This document shows positions 62,390 through 64,000 of a DNA stretch of 64,000 bases, in pieces. The stretch lies in the NCBI RefSeq assembly GCF_000143415.4, contig NW_003314301.1, positions 855,020 through 919,019 of the forward strand. The letters run 5' to 3'. The position numbers and the translations under genes were made by a program. The notes beneath the pieces were generated by a model. It saw nothing but the letters and a program-made list of their open reading frames with translations, made no database searches and was not told where the DNA came from. Numbering within the stretch: position 1 is the first letter of the stretch; each line of letters opens with the position of its first letter. This stretch comes from Selaginella moellendorffii. Its lineage: Eukaryota > Plantae > Lycopodiophyta.

Positions 62390-64000
62390 ATATGCTAAAT
62401 GAGTGAATCTAGACACTTTCCATAAATAGGATTTCGAACTAAAAAGAGACTAACACAAAGGGCATGATAGCAAGGGTGTTTGGCAAACACAGTAAGCTAT
62501 CATCTAGTGAATATTGAAGGACCAAGCTCAATGTTGCAGGGATTCCCAACACTAGCAAGTGCAAGTTAACATCATGAGTTTCTCATCACCGTGTCAAGTC
62601 TGCTTGACAAATGACAACTTAGGATTTCCTTCCTTAGTGCCCTTCCAGTTTAAGTGCACATGTGATGATCAATTTCTCAACTAGCTTAGGTGGAGACTAA
62701 TAAAGGGTTTAGCAATACTGACCTCCTGCCGTCATAGCAATAAAGAAAGAATATCCGAAAGGACTAACTGACAGGTAATTTTCAATACCCAAAGTCACAT
62801 TCGCGACACTTTCCCTCCCTTAGAGAACATCGACATCCTCATCGATGCATACTCAAGTCTGGAATACTGCCAAGGAAACAACTCCAAAAAAAGTTCATGG
62901 TATTCACACTATGTGAGAAATGCACCAACTTAAATGAGTTAGGAAGTAACCTCTTTGTTTAACGCGGGTGCGCTACCAACTCAAACACCTTTCGACTGTC
63001 GTCGACAAGGAAATAACTAATGGAGTTAGCCACCCTTGCTACTCTGAGTGTCACCCAACTTACAAAAGTGTGATACGCCCCTACCCATAGAGACATAGAG
63101 AGAAAAGTCAAAGGCTCCAACCCTCATAAGCAAAGAAACCAAACCTGTCGGTAAGGTTTAGATAGACTACTGTAAACAAGAAGTTAGAGTTGTTTACATG
63201 GTCACACCCTTTTTAATGGAATAAGGAACATCAATAAATAGATGGGTGATGTGACCAGTCTACAGTAGCTACCCCATGATTAAAGATTTCAACATGCACA
63301 CAAAGTGCCGAAGCCAATTTACTTATACTAGCCCAAACTCAAGAGATCAATAGATGGACAATATCAAAGTCATAGCCAATGATATTTTAGAGATTTAATT
63401 ATCAGTGAATAAAGCTTAGTTTAGAATACAAAAGTATTCCAAGTAAGTTATCATCCGATAAACGAGTATTAGAGTACAAGAACCACCAAGATCACTATCA
63501 TTAGAAAACATAGGATTTACTATCTAACAAAATTCAATAGCAAGTGTCTTATTAAGAAAACTCAATGATAACACAGAACTATCGAAAATAGTAGACAGTA
63601 TGCCAAACAACTTACCAAAGATAACTCAAAAAACACAAAGTATCATTGGCTAGCAAGCAAGATACTCGTGAATGTATCACCTGAAGGAAATAACATCCGA
63701 ATTTTTCAAATCTAACTCGAACAATAATCCATAAAACAGAATGAATATGGTAAGACTAACAAACATTCGTTCATGCCAACTATCACACTAATCAACCTAA
63801 ATAGTTTGTGGTCAATAATACCAAGGAACCAAAGTTGCTCAAGCAAATGTTAATAACATCCTATCGATATCTCAAACCCAAGAGACCAATCTAGAGCAAA
63901 CCACAAAGAACATGTGGTAATACGAAAAGGCATAGCCATCAAAGAGAATAACTAACCATCATAAAAGAACATTAATCATCTTATCAATAAAGAGATGTAT
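62390..64000 (-). mobile_element. Highly decayed gypsy-like element: 3' LTR starting at 62808, PPT, possible RT/RNase H remnants
   Basis: AGGGAGGGAAAG|TGTCGCGAATG on the minus strand. Weak YLLG..TD..YDFDIV remnant. Confidence 0.5.

Noticed and set aside
61440-62400. ORFs 61730..61981 and 62004..62402 as a LINE or gene
   Set aside because: No motifs in a consistent order. Probably decayed repeat.

Overview
Plant nuclear DNA with dense genes and ~45-65 nt introns. This best fits a lycophyte such as Selaginella (an inference). 1-40.3 kb is a nested tandem duplication of a unit [ZIP4 5' fragment(-) / RPW8-like NB-ARC-LRR(+) / CYP94-like P450(-) / METTL6-like methyltransferase(-)]. It holds one intact and one frameshifted NLR, two NLR pseudogenes, two intact P450s and several LTR retrotransposon insertions. 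40.3-49.8 kb is a compact housekeeping block (CSA/ERCC8, TRAPPC1, DsPTP, MCRS1-like, an orphan ORF, GME, XRCC4). 49.9-64 kb holds pseudogene debris and non-autonomous LTR elements, including Cassandra-like TRIMs with 5S rRNA sequence. The top observation is a complete Ty3/gypsy chromovirus (26626-33970, CATAC TSD) whose integrase is split by two short GT-AG spliceosomal-type introns; retaining them removes the catalytic Glu or the chromodomain. Also notable are a covarying twin T-loop RNA structure near its PPT and a chimeric gypsy/TRIM insertion with inverted LTRs.
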